64,000 bases of DNA from an uncultured Gammaproteobacteria bacterium (GTDB lineage Bacteria > Pseudomonadota > Gammaproteobacteria > Steroidobacterales > Steroidobacteraceae): the NCBI GenBank assembly GCA_963706755.1, contig CAVPNH010000002.1, forward strand, positions 21,660 to 85,659, written 5' to 3'. The notes under the pieces are model-generated. The model was not told the DNA's origin. It made no database searches and was given only the letters and a program-made list of their open reading frames with translations. The position numbers were made by a program, and so were the translations under genes. Positions 19,171 to 29,946 of the stretch are shown piece by piece. How positions within the stretch are numbered: the stretch's first letter is position 1; each line of letters opens with the position of its first letter.

Positions 19171-21376
19171 TTGAGTCGCGGCCGGCGTGCCTCTAGCCTA
19201 GTTGGACAAGTCACAGAGTCGAGGTCACGAGAAGTGTATCAGGCAGGTGGTCGGGAAGAAGCATCGTCGAGGCTCCGGACGCGGGGCCGCGGCGGCGCCA
19301 CGGCCTTCGCGGCCGCGGTGGTGGCCGCCTGCACGCTGCTGCTCGGCACGGCGCGCGCGCCGTCGGCCGCGCCGGGGGCGAACGGGGCCGACCTCGCGCC
19401 GACCGATCGGGAAGCCAAGGTGTCGCGCCTCGTGAGCAGCGTCTTCGAGCGCTCGCACTACCGCCAGGCTCCGATCAACGACCCCATCTCCTCGCTCGTG
19501 CTCGACCGCTACGTCGAGTCGCTGGACGGCAACCGCGGCTACTTCCTCGCGAGCGACATCGAGGAGTTCGAGCGCTACCGCTACCAGCTGGACGACGCCA
19601 TTTCGCAGGGCCGGCTCGGGCCGGCGTTCGCGATCTACAACCGCTTCCAGGCTCGCAACCGGGAGCGCATGGCCTATGCGCTCGAGGCGCTGAAGACAGA
19701 GCCCGATTTCACGGTGCAGGAGTCGTTCGAGTTCGACCGCGAGCACGCGCCCTGGGCCAGCACCAGTGCGGAGCTCGACGAGATCTGGCGCAAGCGGGTC
19801 AAGAACGACGCGTTGTCGCTGATGCTGGCGGACAAGACCTGGCCGCAGGCGCGCGACATCCTGCAGAAACGCTACGAGCGTGCCGCCAAGCGCAGCGAGC
19901 AGGTGACGTCGGACGACGTGTTCGAGAACTTCATGAACTCGTTTGCGAGCGTCTTCGACCCTCATTCGAACTATTTCTCGCCGCGCAATTCCGAGGAATA
20001 CCGCATCCAGATGAGCCTGTCCTACGAGGGCATCGGCGCATCGCTGCAGATCGTGGACGACTACGTGACGATCATGGAGGTCATGCCTGGCGGGTCGGCA
20101 CAGGAGGGCGGCGAACTCAAGGCCACGGACCGCATCCTGGCGGTCGGGCAGGGCAAGACCGGCGAGATGGTGGACGTCGTGGGCTGGCGGCTCGACGACG
20201 TGGTGGCACCTGATCCGGGGCCCGGGCGGCTCGTTCGTGCGCCTGCAGATCCTGGGCGGCAACGCCGCGCCGGGCACGGCGGAGCACGTCGTCACCCTGC
20301 CCCGCAAGAAGATCACGCTCGAGGCACAGGCGGCGAAGAAGGAACTGCGCAAGGTGAAGCGCGGGGACAAGGAACTCAGGATCGGCGTGATCGACGTCCC
20401 GTCCTTCTACCAGGACTTCGACGCGCGCAGCGCCGGCGACGAGAACTACCGCAGCACGACCCGGGACGTCCGCCGCCTGATCGACGAATTCAAGAAGGAA
20501 GGCGGCATCGACGGCCTGGTCCTCGACCTGCGCGAGAACGGCGGCGGGCACCTCACCGAGGCGATCGGGCTCGTGAACCTGTTCGTGCCCAAGGGCCCGG
20601 TCGTGCAGCTGCGCGAAGCCGGCGGGAAGGTCGAGGTCCTCGAATCGGACGACCAGGGAGTCGCGTACGCCGGGCCGCTCACGATCCTGGTGGACCGCTT
20701 CAGCGCCTCGGCGTCGGAGATCTTCGCCGCCGCGATGCAGGACTATGGCCGCGGCATCGTCATCGGCCAGGAGACCTACGGCAAGGGCTCGGTGCAGAAC
20801 CTCTACCCGCTCGACCGCTTCGCGCTCGGGCAGGACCCGGGCTACGGCCAGCTCACGGTAACCATCGGCATGTACTACCGGGTCACTGGCGACAGCACGC
20901 AGAACCGGGGCGTACAACCCGACATCCGGTTGCCCTCCCCGATCAGCCCTGAGGAAGTCGGCGAGAGTTCGCGCGACGGCGCGCTGCCCTGGAATCGCAT
21001 CCGGTCGGCGAACTTCAAGCCCGACGGCTCGGTAACGCCCGTGCTCGGCGAACTGCAGCGCGACCACGACGCGCGCGTCGCGGATGATCCGGATTTCCGC
21101 TACGCCCAGGCCGAAATCGGGGCGATCGACGCCATGCGCACGGAAAAGAGCGTTTCGCTCAACCTCAAGGACCGCAAGGCGGAGCGAGAACGTCTCACCC
21201 AGGAAAGGCTTGCCCGCGAGAACACCCGCAGGACGGCGCTTGGCGAGGTGCCGCTCAAGTCGGTCGAGGAGATCAAGGACCCGCCGGACGCCATCCTGGC
21301 CGAAGCGGCGCAGATCACCGCCGACTACGTGAGACTCGAGCCGAAGTACGTGGCGCGGGCCGAGCCCGGCGGCTGA
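19171..21376 (+). pseudogene. prc: Tail-specific (C-terminal processing) protease Prc, S41 family, with one single-base insertion
   Basis: ORF 19171..20952 matches Prc up to ...MVDVVGWRLDDVVA. ORF 20237..21376 continues in the next frame with (L)IRGPGGSFVRLQILGG...FSASASEIFAAAMQDYGRG.... The extra C is at about 20209 (GCA C CTG). The true start is possibly GTG about 19231. Confidence 0.85.
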
Positions 21377-21412
21377 CCGGGCTCGCCGGCCGGCCGGCTC
21401 CAAACGTGAATG

Positions 21413-21450
21413 GTGTTGTACTTGACTACAACACTATAGGCCCTTAACAT
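21413..21450 (+). promoter_or_regulatory. Candidate sigma70 promoter with an overlapping 8-bp inverted repeat, upstream of the efflux operon
   Basis: TTGACT (21422-21427), 17-nt spacer, TAACAT (21445-21450), 33 nt upstream of GTG 21484. The perfect inverted repeat GTGTTGTA (21413-21420) / TACAACAC (21427-21434) straddles the -35. The region is locally AT-rich. Confidence 0.4.
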
Positions 21451-21483
21451 TAGCGGAGTTCTGACCGACTCCAGGGCCCTCCC

Positions 21484-22608
21484 GTGCTCAAACCAGATTC
21501 CACGCAACGGCTCGCGATCCGTCCCCTAGTCTGGCCGGCCCTGGCCGTGGCGCTTGCCGCCGTGCTGGTTGCGGGCTGCAGCAACGGCAAGGCCAAGGAC
21601 AAGGACGCGGCCGAGGCCGACAACTCGGTGCCGGTCGAGGTCCAGGCGCTCAGGCGGGCGCCGATGGTCGCCGTGTACTCCGGTACCGCGCCGATCGAGG
21701 CGCACGACGAAGCCGAGGTCGTTGCCAAGGTCGGTGGAGAAGTCCGCCAGATCTTCGTCGAGGAAGGCGACAACGTCACTGCAGGCCAGGTGCTCGCTCG
21801 CCTCGATGGCGACCGCCTGAGGCTAGAACTCGCGCAGACCGACGCGAACCTGCGCAAGCTCGAGCGCGACTACAACCGCCAGCTCGAGCTGAGCGAGAAG
21901 GGCCTGGTCGCCAAGGGCACGGCGGAGAACGCGAAGTTCGACCTCGACGCGCTGCGGGCGGCTTACGACAGCGCGAGGCTCGAACTCTCCTACACGGAGA
22001 TCCGCGCGCCGATCGCGGGCGTCGTCTCGGCGCGGCACATCAAGGTCGGCAACACCATCAAGCCGAACGACCCGACCTTCCGCGTGACGAACCTCGACCC
22101 GCTCGTGGCCTACGTCCACGTGCCCGAGAAGGAGTTCCGCAAGCTCGCCCCGGGGCAGGCGGTGGACGTCGTGGTGGATGCGCTCGGCGGCGAGCACTTC
22201 GCGGCAAGCATCGCGCGGATCAGCCCGACCGTGGATCCCCAGACCGGCACGTTCAGGGCCGAGGTCGAGGTGCCTGACCCCTCGCGCCGCCTGAAGCCTG
22301 GCATGTTTGCGCGCGTCAACGTCGTGTACGAGCGGCGCGACAACGCGCTGCAGCTGCCACGCAGCGCAATCCTCGATGCGGACGGCGAGCAGTCCGTCTA
22401 CGTCGTGGTCGGCGGCAAGGCACAGCAGCAACGCATCGAGACCGGCCTCGTCAACAACGGCTGGATCGAGGTCGTCAAAGGCCTCAAGGGCAGCGAGCGC
22501 GTGGTCGTGGTCGGGCAGGCGGGGCTCAAGTCAGGGACCGCCGTCAAGGTCGTGGACGACTCCGTGCCCGCCGCGGCGCCCGCCGGCGGCACGGCCAAGG
22601 CCGGTTAA
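21484..22608 (+). CDS. RND efflux periplasmic adaptor (membrane fusion protein), lipoprotein
   Basis: 374-aa ORF with lipobox LVAGC and typical HlyD/MFP coiled-coil and beta-barrel sequence. Confidence 0.9.
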   Translation: MLKPDSTQRLAIRPLVWPALAVALAAVLVAGCSNGKAKDKDAAEADNSVPVEVQALRRAPMVAVYSGTAPIEAHDEAEVVAKVGGEVRQIFVEEGDNVTAGQVLARLDGDRLRLELAQTDANLRKLERDYNRQLELSEKGLVAKGTAENAKFDLDALRAAYDSARLELSYTEIRAPIAGVVSARHIKVGNTIKPNDPTFRVTNLDPLVAYVHVPEKEFRKLAPGQAVDVVVDALGGEHFAASIARISPTVDPQTGTFRAEVEVPDPSRRLKPGMFARVNVVYERRDNALQLPRSAILDADGEQSVYVVVGGKAQQQRIETGLVNNGWIEVVKGLKGSERVVVVGQAGLKSGTAVKVVDDSVPAAAPAGGTAKAG

Positions 22609-22644
22609 GCGCGCGCCGCGCCGGCGCCGTCTCGGGGGACTTGC

Positions 22645-25600
22645 ATGCAGCTGATCGATTTCGCGATCCGCAGACGCGTGACCATCGTCATGTGCACGGT
22701 GGCCATCGCGCTCTTCGGCCTCGTCTCGCTGTCGCGGCTGAAGCTCAACCTCCTTCCCGACCTCTCCTACCCCACGATCACGATCCGCACCGAGCTGCCG
22801 GGCGCGGCGCCGCTCGAGCTCGAGACGCTGGTGACGCGGCCCGTGGAGGAAGCGGTCAGCATCATCCGCAACGTGCGCCAGGTGCGCTCCGTTTCGCGTG
22901 CGGGGCAATCCGACGTGACGCTCGAGTTCGTCTGGGGCACGGACATGGATGTCGCGGGCATCGACGTGCGCGAGAAGCTCGACCTCCTGCAGCTGCCACT
23001 CGAAGCGAAGCGGCCACTGCTGCTGCGTTTCGACCCGTCGAGCGAGCCGGTGCTGCGCCTCGCGTTCCTCGAAACCGGCGACCGGGCGCGCGAGGAGAGC
23101 GTCGAGCGGCTGAAGTCCATGCGACGCTTCGCCGAGGACCGCCTGAAGCCGGACCTCGAGGCGGTCGAGGGCTCGGCGGCGGTCAAGGTGAGCGGCGGCT
23201 ACGAGGACGAGGTGCAGGTCCTCGTGGACCAGCAGAAGCTCGCGCAGCTCGGGCTCTCGATCGACACCGTGACCCGGCGCATCCGCGCCGAAAACGTCAA
23301 CCTCTCCGGCGGCCGGCTCGAGCAGGGCATGCAGCGCTTCCTGGTGCGCACGCTGAATGAGTTCGAGTCCATCGAGCAGATGGCGAACGCGATCATCGCG
23401 ACCCGCGACGGGCAGCCGGTCTACCTCAAGGACGTGGCCAGCGTCACACGGGGTTACAAGGACCGCGAGGCGATCACCCGCGTGGACGGCCGCGAGGCCA
23501 TCGAGCTCGCCGTCTACAAGGAGGGCGACGCGAACACGGTGCTGCTCGCCGAGGGCGTGCAGAAGCGACTCGAGGACCTCAAGAAGAGCCTGCCGGAAGG
23601 CACGGAGGTGCGCACGGTCTACGACCAGTCCACGTTCATCGCGGCGGCCATCGGCGAGGTGAAGAGCGCCGCCCTGATTGGCGGCCTGCTCGCGATCCTG
23701 GTGCTCTACGCGTTCCTCCGGGACGCACGGGCCACGCTCATCAGCGGCATCGCCATCCCGGTCTCGGTCCTGGGTACGTTTGTGCTCATGTACGCCTTCG
23801 ACCTCTCGCTCAACATCATGTCGCTCGGCGGCATCGCGCTCGCCGTCGGCATGCTGGTGGACAACGCCGTCGTGGTGCTCGAGTGCATCGTGCGCAAGCA
23901 GGAACACGGCATGGAACGGGCCGAGGCCGCGCGCCAGGGCACGGCGGAAGTGGCGATGGCGGTCACGGCCGCCACGCTGACTTCGGTCGCGGTCTTCTTC
24001 CCGATGGTGTTCATCACCGGCGTCGCCGGACAGCTCTTCCGCGACCAGTCGCTCACGGTCGACCTTCGCGCTGTCGTTCTCGCTGGTCGTTGCGCTCACG
24101 CTCGCACCGATGCTCGCCGCCGGGAGCGGACACCATATCGGGGACTCGCCCGTGGCGGCCTCGGAACCGCGCAAGCCCAGCCGCATCGAAGTGCTGCTGG
24201 GACGCGTGGCCTCCATGCTGCGCGCGGCGTTCGGCTGGATTGCGCGCGCCTGCGCGCTCGCACTCGCCCCCCTGGTCCGGGTGACGCAGGCGCTGAACCG
24301 CTGGGCCGACGACCGCTACCCCGGTGCGATCCGCTGGGCGCTCGCTCACCCGGCGAAGACGATCGGTTCGGCGGCGGCGCTCTTCGTGCTCACGATCGTC
24401 CTGATCCTGCCGCGGCTCGGCACCGAACTCATCCCGCAGATGTCGCAGGGCGAATTCAACGTGGACTTGCGGCTGCCGCCGGGCACGCCGCTCGAGCAGA
24501 CCGACCGCTCGATGCGGGCCGCGCAGCGGGCCAGCGCGAAGCTGGGTGACGTCGCCCTCGCCTACTCCGTTGCCGGCACCGGCAACCGCCTCGACGCCAA
24601 CCCGGTGGACGCAGGCGAGAACACCGGCCGGCTCAGCATCACCCTGCAGAAGGGATCGCGGCGTGCGGACGAGGACGCCGCCATGGCCGGAATGCGGAAG
24701 AGTCTCGACGCCCTGCCGGGCCTGCAGTACCGCTTCAGCCGGCCGGCACTCTTCAGCATGTCCACGCCCCTCGAGGTCGTCGTGTCCGGCTATGACCTCG
24801 AGCGCCTCAAGGCCGCGGCCGGGCAGGTGCGCGCGAAGATGCTGGCGGACGAGCACTTTGCAGACGTGAAGACCACCGTCGAGGCCGGGAACCCGGAGAT
24901 CCAGGTGGTGTTCGACCAGGAGCGGGCGGCCCAGCTGGGGCTCGCGGTGCGCGACATCGCCGACCGACTGGTGAACAGCGTGCGCGGCGAGGTGGCGACC
25001 CGCTACAAGCTCCGCGACAAGCAGATCGACGTGCTGGTGCGGAGCGTGGACACCCGCGCGGCGTCCATCGAGGAGGTTCGCAACCTGATCGTGAACCCGG
25101 GCAGCGAGCACCCGGTGACGCTGGGTTCGGTCGCCGACGTACAACTCGCGGTGGGCCCGGCCGAGGTGCGCCGAGTTGCGCAGGAACGCGTGGCCGTGGT
25201 CTCGGCGAACCTGGCGAAGGGCGACCTCGGCTCCGCAGTGGTCGCCCTGCAGCGCATCGTGTCGGAAGTCCAGTTGCCCGTCGGCACGACGGCGTTCCTG
25301 TCCGGCCAGAGCGAGGAGATGACGGACTCGTTCCGCTCACTGCAGTTCGTATTGCTGCTCGCGATCTTCCTCGTCTACCTGGTCATGGCCTCGCAGTTCG
25401 AGTCGCTGATCCACCCGTTCGTCATCCTGCTCACCATCCCGCTCGCGATCACGGGCGCGGTGTGGGCGCTGTGGCTCACGGGCACGACGGTCAACGTCGT
25501 GGCCTACATCGGCCTCATCATGCTGACCGGCATCGTGGTGAACCAGTCCATCGTGCTCATCGACGCGGTGAACCAGGCGCGCGGGCGCGGACTCTCGAAG

Positions 25601-25870
25601 CACGACGCGATCGTCGAGGCAGGCAGGCTGCGCCTGCGCCCGATCCTGATCACCAAGCTCACGACGATCCTCGGGCTGATGCCGATGGCGCTGGGCCTCG
25701 GTGAGGGTGCCGAGGTGCGCGCGCCCATGGCCATCACCGTGATCGGCGGCGTGCTGCTCACGACCTTCCTGACGCTGCTCGTGATCCCGGTCGTGTATGC
25801 GGTGCTCGACCGGAAGACTTACGTGGCACCCGAGGCGTCCGCTGCCGAGGCTGCCGCCACCACGGGCTGA
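22645..25870 (+). pseudogene. RND efflux permease (AcrB/MdtB-like) with one single-base insertion
   Basis: ORF 22645..24549 is RND-like up to ...GQLFRDQSLTV. ORF 24110..25870 continues in the next frame with TFALSFSLVVALTLAPML.... The extra base is at about 24061. The joined length is about 1075 aa. Confidence 0.85.
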
Positions 25871-25877
25871 GGACCAC

Positions 25878-28800
25878 ATGCGCCACACCCGCCTCGCGCT
25901 CAACCGGCCCGTCACGACCGTGATGGTGTTCCTGGCCGTCGTGGCGGTCGGGCTCATCTCGGGCCGGCTGCTCCGCCTCGAGTCCATGCCGGACATCATG
26001 TTTCCGGGCATGTTCGTCACCATCCCCTACCCTGGATCCACGCCCGAGGAAATCGAGCAGACCGTGGTTCGACCGGTCGAGGAGGCGCTGGCCACGCTTT
26101 CAGGGATCGAGGAACTCCAGGCGAGCGCCCAGTCCGACCAGGCGACGTTCCGCATCCTCTTCAGCCTGGACCGCGACCTTGATGCGGCTGCATTCGACGT
26201 CCGGACCAAGCTCGACTCGATCCGCAGCCAGCTTCCGGCCGCAGCCGACCGCATGCTCATGCAGACGTTCAGCCCGTCCGACCAGCCGATCGTCATCATC
26301 CGCATCTCCGCCGAGCACGACCTGACCGACCAGTACGAGATGCTGGAGAAATACCTGCAGCGCCCGATCCAGCGCCTCGACGGCGTGGCTCGGGTCGACC
26401 TGAGGGGCGTGCAGCCACGCGAGGTCCGCGTCCTCGCGGACCCCACCCGCCTCGCAACCTACGGCGTGGACGTGCGGGACCTGCGCGCACTGCTCGTGGC
26501 AAGCAATTTCTCGGTGGGTGCCGGCGAGCTCACCGAGAACGGCCAGCGCTACACCGTGCGGCCGATCGGGGAGTTCCGCGACATCCTGGACGTGCGCAAC
26601 CTCCTCCTCCGCCCCGGCGTGCGCGTCGGCGACGTGGCCGACGTCGAGCTGGTCGCTCCCGAGCTGACCGAGGGACGGCACATGGGCGGACGCAAGGCGG
26701 TCGGCATCGACGTCTTCAAGTCCACCCAGGCCAACGTCGTCGAGGTCGCCGACAAGGTCGTCGCCGCGGTCAACGACGCGCGCAATGTCCCGCAGCTGCA
26801 GGGCATCCAGATCCTGGTGGTGGAAAACCAGGCCGACGACATCCGCGACTCGCTGAAGGAGCTGCGCAATGCGGGGCTGGTCGGTGCGGCGCTCGGTTTC
26901 CTCATGCTGCTCGTCTTCCTGCGGCACCTGCCGACGACGGTCATCGTGGGCGTGACCGTGCCGATCTCGCTGCTGGTCACGCTGGGCGCGATGTATTTCC
27001 TCGGCCTCACGCTCAACATCCTGACGATGATGGGCATGATGCTGGCGATCGGCATGCTGGTGGACAACTCGGTCGTGATCACCGAGAGCATCTTCCGCCG
27101 CCGGCAGCTCCTGCCGGGACACCCGGTCGAAGCAACACTCGCCGGGGTGACGGAAGTCGGCGTCGCCACCCTCGCGGGCACGGTCTGCACGACCATCGTG
27201 TTCCTGCCGCTGGTGTTCGGCGAAAAGAACCAGATGTCGATCTTCCTGGTGCACGTCGCCGTGCCGATCGTCGTGGCGATGCTCGCATCGCTCGTGGTCG
27301 CGCAGACGCTGATACCGATGCTGGCGGCACGCATGTCCGCGCCGCCGCCGGTGTCCGAGGCGTCGTGGTTCGGCCGGCTGCAGGCGCAGTATCAGCGTTC
27401 ACTTGGCTGGGCGCTGGATCACCGGAAGCTGATGGCGCTCTTCACCGTGCTCATTCTCGTCTCGCCGGTGCCGCTCTTCGCGCTGAAGCTCGCCAAGTTC
27501 GACCCGTTCCCGCAGGAGGCGACCCGCACGCTGGGGCTCGCCTATCACCTCGAAGGGTCATACCCCATCGACCAGGTCGGAAAGGCGGTCCAGCGCGTCG
27601 AGGCCTACCTTGAGGCCAACAAGGAGAAATTCGAGATCGAGACCTACTACACGTACTGGGCGACGGATGAAGCATTCACCCGCATCTACCTGAAGCCCAA
27701 GGAGCAGGCAAAGCTCCCGGCCGCGCAGCTCATGCAGATGATCAGCGACGGCATGCCCGAGATCATCATCGGCAAGCCGAGCTTCCGCTTCGACGACAGC
27801 ACGAGTGGCTCCACGGCGTTCAGCCTGCAGCTTTCCGGGGAGTCCACGGAACGCCTGGCCGAGATCTCACAGGAGGTCGCGCACCGCCTCTCCTCGGTCC
27901 CGGGCCTCGAGGCCGTGCGCTCGGAAGCCAGCACGGGCTCGCAGGAGGTGCAGGTCGTCGTGAACCGCGACCGGGCATCGCAACTCGGCCTCACGACCCA
28001 GGAAATCGCCATGACCGTGGCCGGCGCCATGCGCGGCGACCGGCTGCCGGAACTGCGCACCACCGACCGCGAATTGACCATGCGACTCGCGTTCCGTGAG
28101 TCCGACCGCCAGTCGGTGGAGGACCTCGCCCGCGTGCCGGTGATGCTCGCGAACGGCGGACGCACGGAACTCGGCGCCGTCGCGGACTTCGTGGTGAAGC
28201 CGAGCGACCGGGAGATCACCCGCACCAACCGCCTGACGTCCGTCAACATCAACGCCAATCTCGCGAAGGGCACGACCATGGAGGAGGCGCGCAAGCGCGT
28301 CGAGCCGATCATGGATGCCTATCCGCTGCCGCCCGGCTACGCCTGGAAGTTCGGGCGCGGGTTCGATGAGAACGACAAGGCCGTGCAGATCATGGTGCAG
28401 AACCTGCTGCTGGCCGTGGCGCTCATCTTCCTCGTCATGGCTTCGCTCTTCGAGTCGACGCTGTACCCGCTATCGATCATCACCTCGATCCTGTTCGCCA
28501 TCGTCGGATCGATCTGGTTCATGACCGTCACCGGCACGACCATCACCATGATGGCGATGATCGGTTTCATGGTGCTGATCGGCGTGGTGGTGAACATCGG
28601 CATCGTGCTCATCGCGCACGTGATCGACCTGCGCGAGGCGGGACTGCCCCGCCGCGAGGCCATCCTGCAGGCCGGCCGCGACCGCCTCCGGCCCATCATG
28701 ATGACCGTGCTCACGACCCTGCTCGGACTCACGCCGCTCGCCATCGGCGACGCGCACATCGGCGGCATGGGCGGCACCGGGCCGTCCTACCAGCCCATGG

Positions 28801-28985
28801 CGCGCGCGATCATGGGCGGGTTGGGGTTCTCCGCGGTCGTGTCGCTGCTGATCGTGCCGATGTTCTACGTCTGGTTCGATGACCTGAACCTGTGGCGCAG
28901 GCGTGTGTTTTCCAGGGCTTCACCGACGGACAAGGATTCTCCGTCCTTCACACGTCCGGCCGAATTACCGCAGGCCGTGGAGTAA
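25878..28985 (+). CDS. RND efflux permease (AcrB/MdtC-like)
   Basis: ATG 25878 inside ORF 25797..28985 (MRHTRLALNRPVTTVMVFLAVVAVG...). About 1035 aa with 12-TM RND architecture. Confidence 0.9.
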   Translation: MRHTRLALNRPVTTVMVFLAVVAVGLISGRLLRLESMPDIMFPGMFVTIPYPGSTPEEIEQTVVRPVEEALATLSGIEELQASAQSDQATFRILFSLDRDLDAAAFDVRTKLDSIRSQLPAAADRMLMQTFSPSDQPIVIIRISAEHDLTDQYEMLEKYLQRPIQRLDGVARVDLRGVQPREVRVLADPTRLATYGVDVRDLRALLVASNFSVGAGELTENGQRYTVRPIGEFRDILDVRNLLLRPGVRVGDVADVELVAPELTEGRHMGGRKAVGIDVFKSTQANVVEVADKVVAAVNDARNVPQLQGIQILVVENQADDIRDSLKELRNAGLVGAALGFLMLLVFLRHLPTTVIVGVTVPISLLVTLGAMYFLGLTLNILTMMGMMLAIGMLVDNSVVITESIFRRRQLLPGHPVEATLAGVTEVGVATLAGTVCTTIVFLPLVFGEKNQMSIFLVHVAVPIVVAMLASLVVAQTLIPMLAARMSAPPPVSEASWFGRLQAQYQRSLGWALDHRKLMALFTVLILVSPVPLFALKLAKFDPFPQEATRTLGLAYHLEGSYPIDQVGKAVQRVEAYLEANKEKFEIETYYTYWATDEAFTRIYLKPKEQAKLPAAQLMQMISDGMPEIIIGKPSFRFDDSTSGSTAFSLQLSGESTERLAEISQEVAHRLSSVPGLEAVRSEASTGSQEVQVVVNRDRASQLGLTTQEIAMTVAGAMRGDRLPELRTTDRELTMRLAFRESDRQSVEDLARVPVMLANGGRTELGAVADFVVKPSDREITRTNRLTSVNINANLAKGTTMEEARKRVEPIMDAYPLPPGYAWKFGRGFDENDKAVQIMVQNLLLAVALIFLVMASLFESTLYPLSIITSILFAIVGSIWFMTVTGTTITMMAMIGFMVLIGVVVNIGIVLIAHVIDLREAGLPRREAILQAGRDRLRPIMMTVLTTLLGLTPLAIGDAHIGGMGGTGPSYQPMARAIMGGLGFSAVVSLLIVPMFYVWFDDLNLWRRRVFSRASPTDKDSPSFTRPAELPQAVE

Positions 28986-29070
28986 CCGCCGCCCTCGCCG
29001 CCCGGTGCCGCAATGCTGCCGGCCCGTGCGTGCGACCTGGCGTCGGCCGCAGGCCGCCGGAGCGTGCCCA

Positions 29071-29520
29071 CTACTTGAGGCAGACAACGAGTCGCGCCGA
29101 GTGACTGCGCCAGTTGATGGGTATGACGATCGGCTGACTGCCGATTGGCCGCCGTGGCTCTTCGCCTCCAGCCGTCAGCACGGTCGGAACGGAGATGTGG
29201 AACTGGTTACCGAAGTCCCGGCGCGCATTACCGGCGATCGTGTTCGCCACCTCCCCGACGATGTCGCACAGGTTTTCGTGCGATACATCGCTCTCGTTCA
29301 TCCTCATCAGCAGGACGGTGAGCATGCCGCGTGGCGCCGTGAAGTAGACGATTCCGTCGCGACGCCCGGAGACGGAGATCACGCCGGTGTATTCGTACAA
29401 TTCCGTCGCGTCGTGAGACATCAGGTAGGGCGATCCGACCGACGCCGGCTGCTGTGCGGCGACCTCGAAGTAGCGGGTCGTTCCGTACAGGAAGGTCCGA
29501 ATTGCCTGTTCGTCGAGCAT
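29071..29520 (-). CDS. CheX-type chemotaxis phosphatase
   Basis: Inner ATG 29520 of ORF 29071..29703, 149 aa (MLDEQAIRTFLYGTTRYFEV...GEVANTIAGNAR...). Resembles the CheX/CheC-like fold family. Confidence 0.7.
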   Translation of the reverse strand: MLDEQAIRTFLYGTTRYFEVAAQQPASVGSPYLMSHDATELYEYTGVISVSGRRDGIVYFTAPRGMLTVLLMRMNESDVSHENLCDIVGEVANTIAGNARRDFGNQFHISVPTVLTAGGEEPRRPIGSQPIVIPINWRSHSARLVVCLK

Positions 29521-29525
29521 CGTGC

Positions 29526-29897
29526 TCAGGCTCCGCCCAGAAGTTCCTGGAGCGCCTCGTTGAGCTGGCGATCGGTGAACGGCTTGTTCAGGAAGCCGTT
29601 GGCACCCTTCTCCATCGCCTCGACCGCCGTGGCCTTGTCCGCCAGCGCCGACACGATGAGGATCAGTACGCCGGGTTTCATCCGCACGAGCTCCTCGACG
29701 CACTCGATGCCGTTCATGTTGGGCATCGTGATATCCATCGTGACGACGTCGGGGTCGGTTTCGATGAACCGCTCGATCGCCTCGCGGCCGTCGCGTGCGG
29801 TGCCGACGACCTGCAGCTGGGCCAGCCGCTGTGACCGCTCGATGCGCCGACGCATGACATTCGAGTCGTCGACGATCAGCAGCCGCAGCGGCGGCAT
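29526..29897 (-). CDS. Single-domain CheY-like response regulator
   Basis: ORF 29526..29930, with likely start at ATG 29897 (MPPLRLLIVDDS). Receiver residues are present: DD, acceptor D in VVTMDITMPNMNG, S in IVSAL, K in LNKPF. Confidence 0.85.
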   Translation of the reverse strand: MPPLRLLIVDDSNVMRRRIERSQRLAQLQVVGTARDGREAIERFIETDPDVVTMDITMPNMNGIECVEELVRMKPGVLILIVSALADKATAVEAMEKGANGFLNKPFTDRQLNEALQELLGGA

Positions 29898-29946
29898 GAG
29901 GCAGGGCACCTCATGGGCAAAGCCGCTCATGACGCGCCGACCCCGC

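Noticed and set aside
13690-24061. Programmed ribosomal frameshifting as the explanation for the four frame breaks
   Set aside because: I found no slippery heptamer, no in-frame stop with an upstream SD-like stimulator (prfB type) and no downstream pseudoknot-like structure at any site. Four different housekeeping families all using +1 recoding is implausible.
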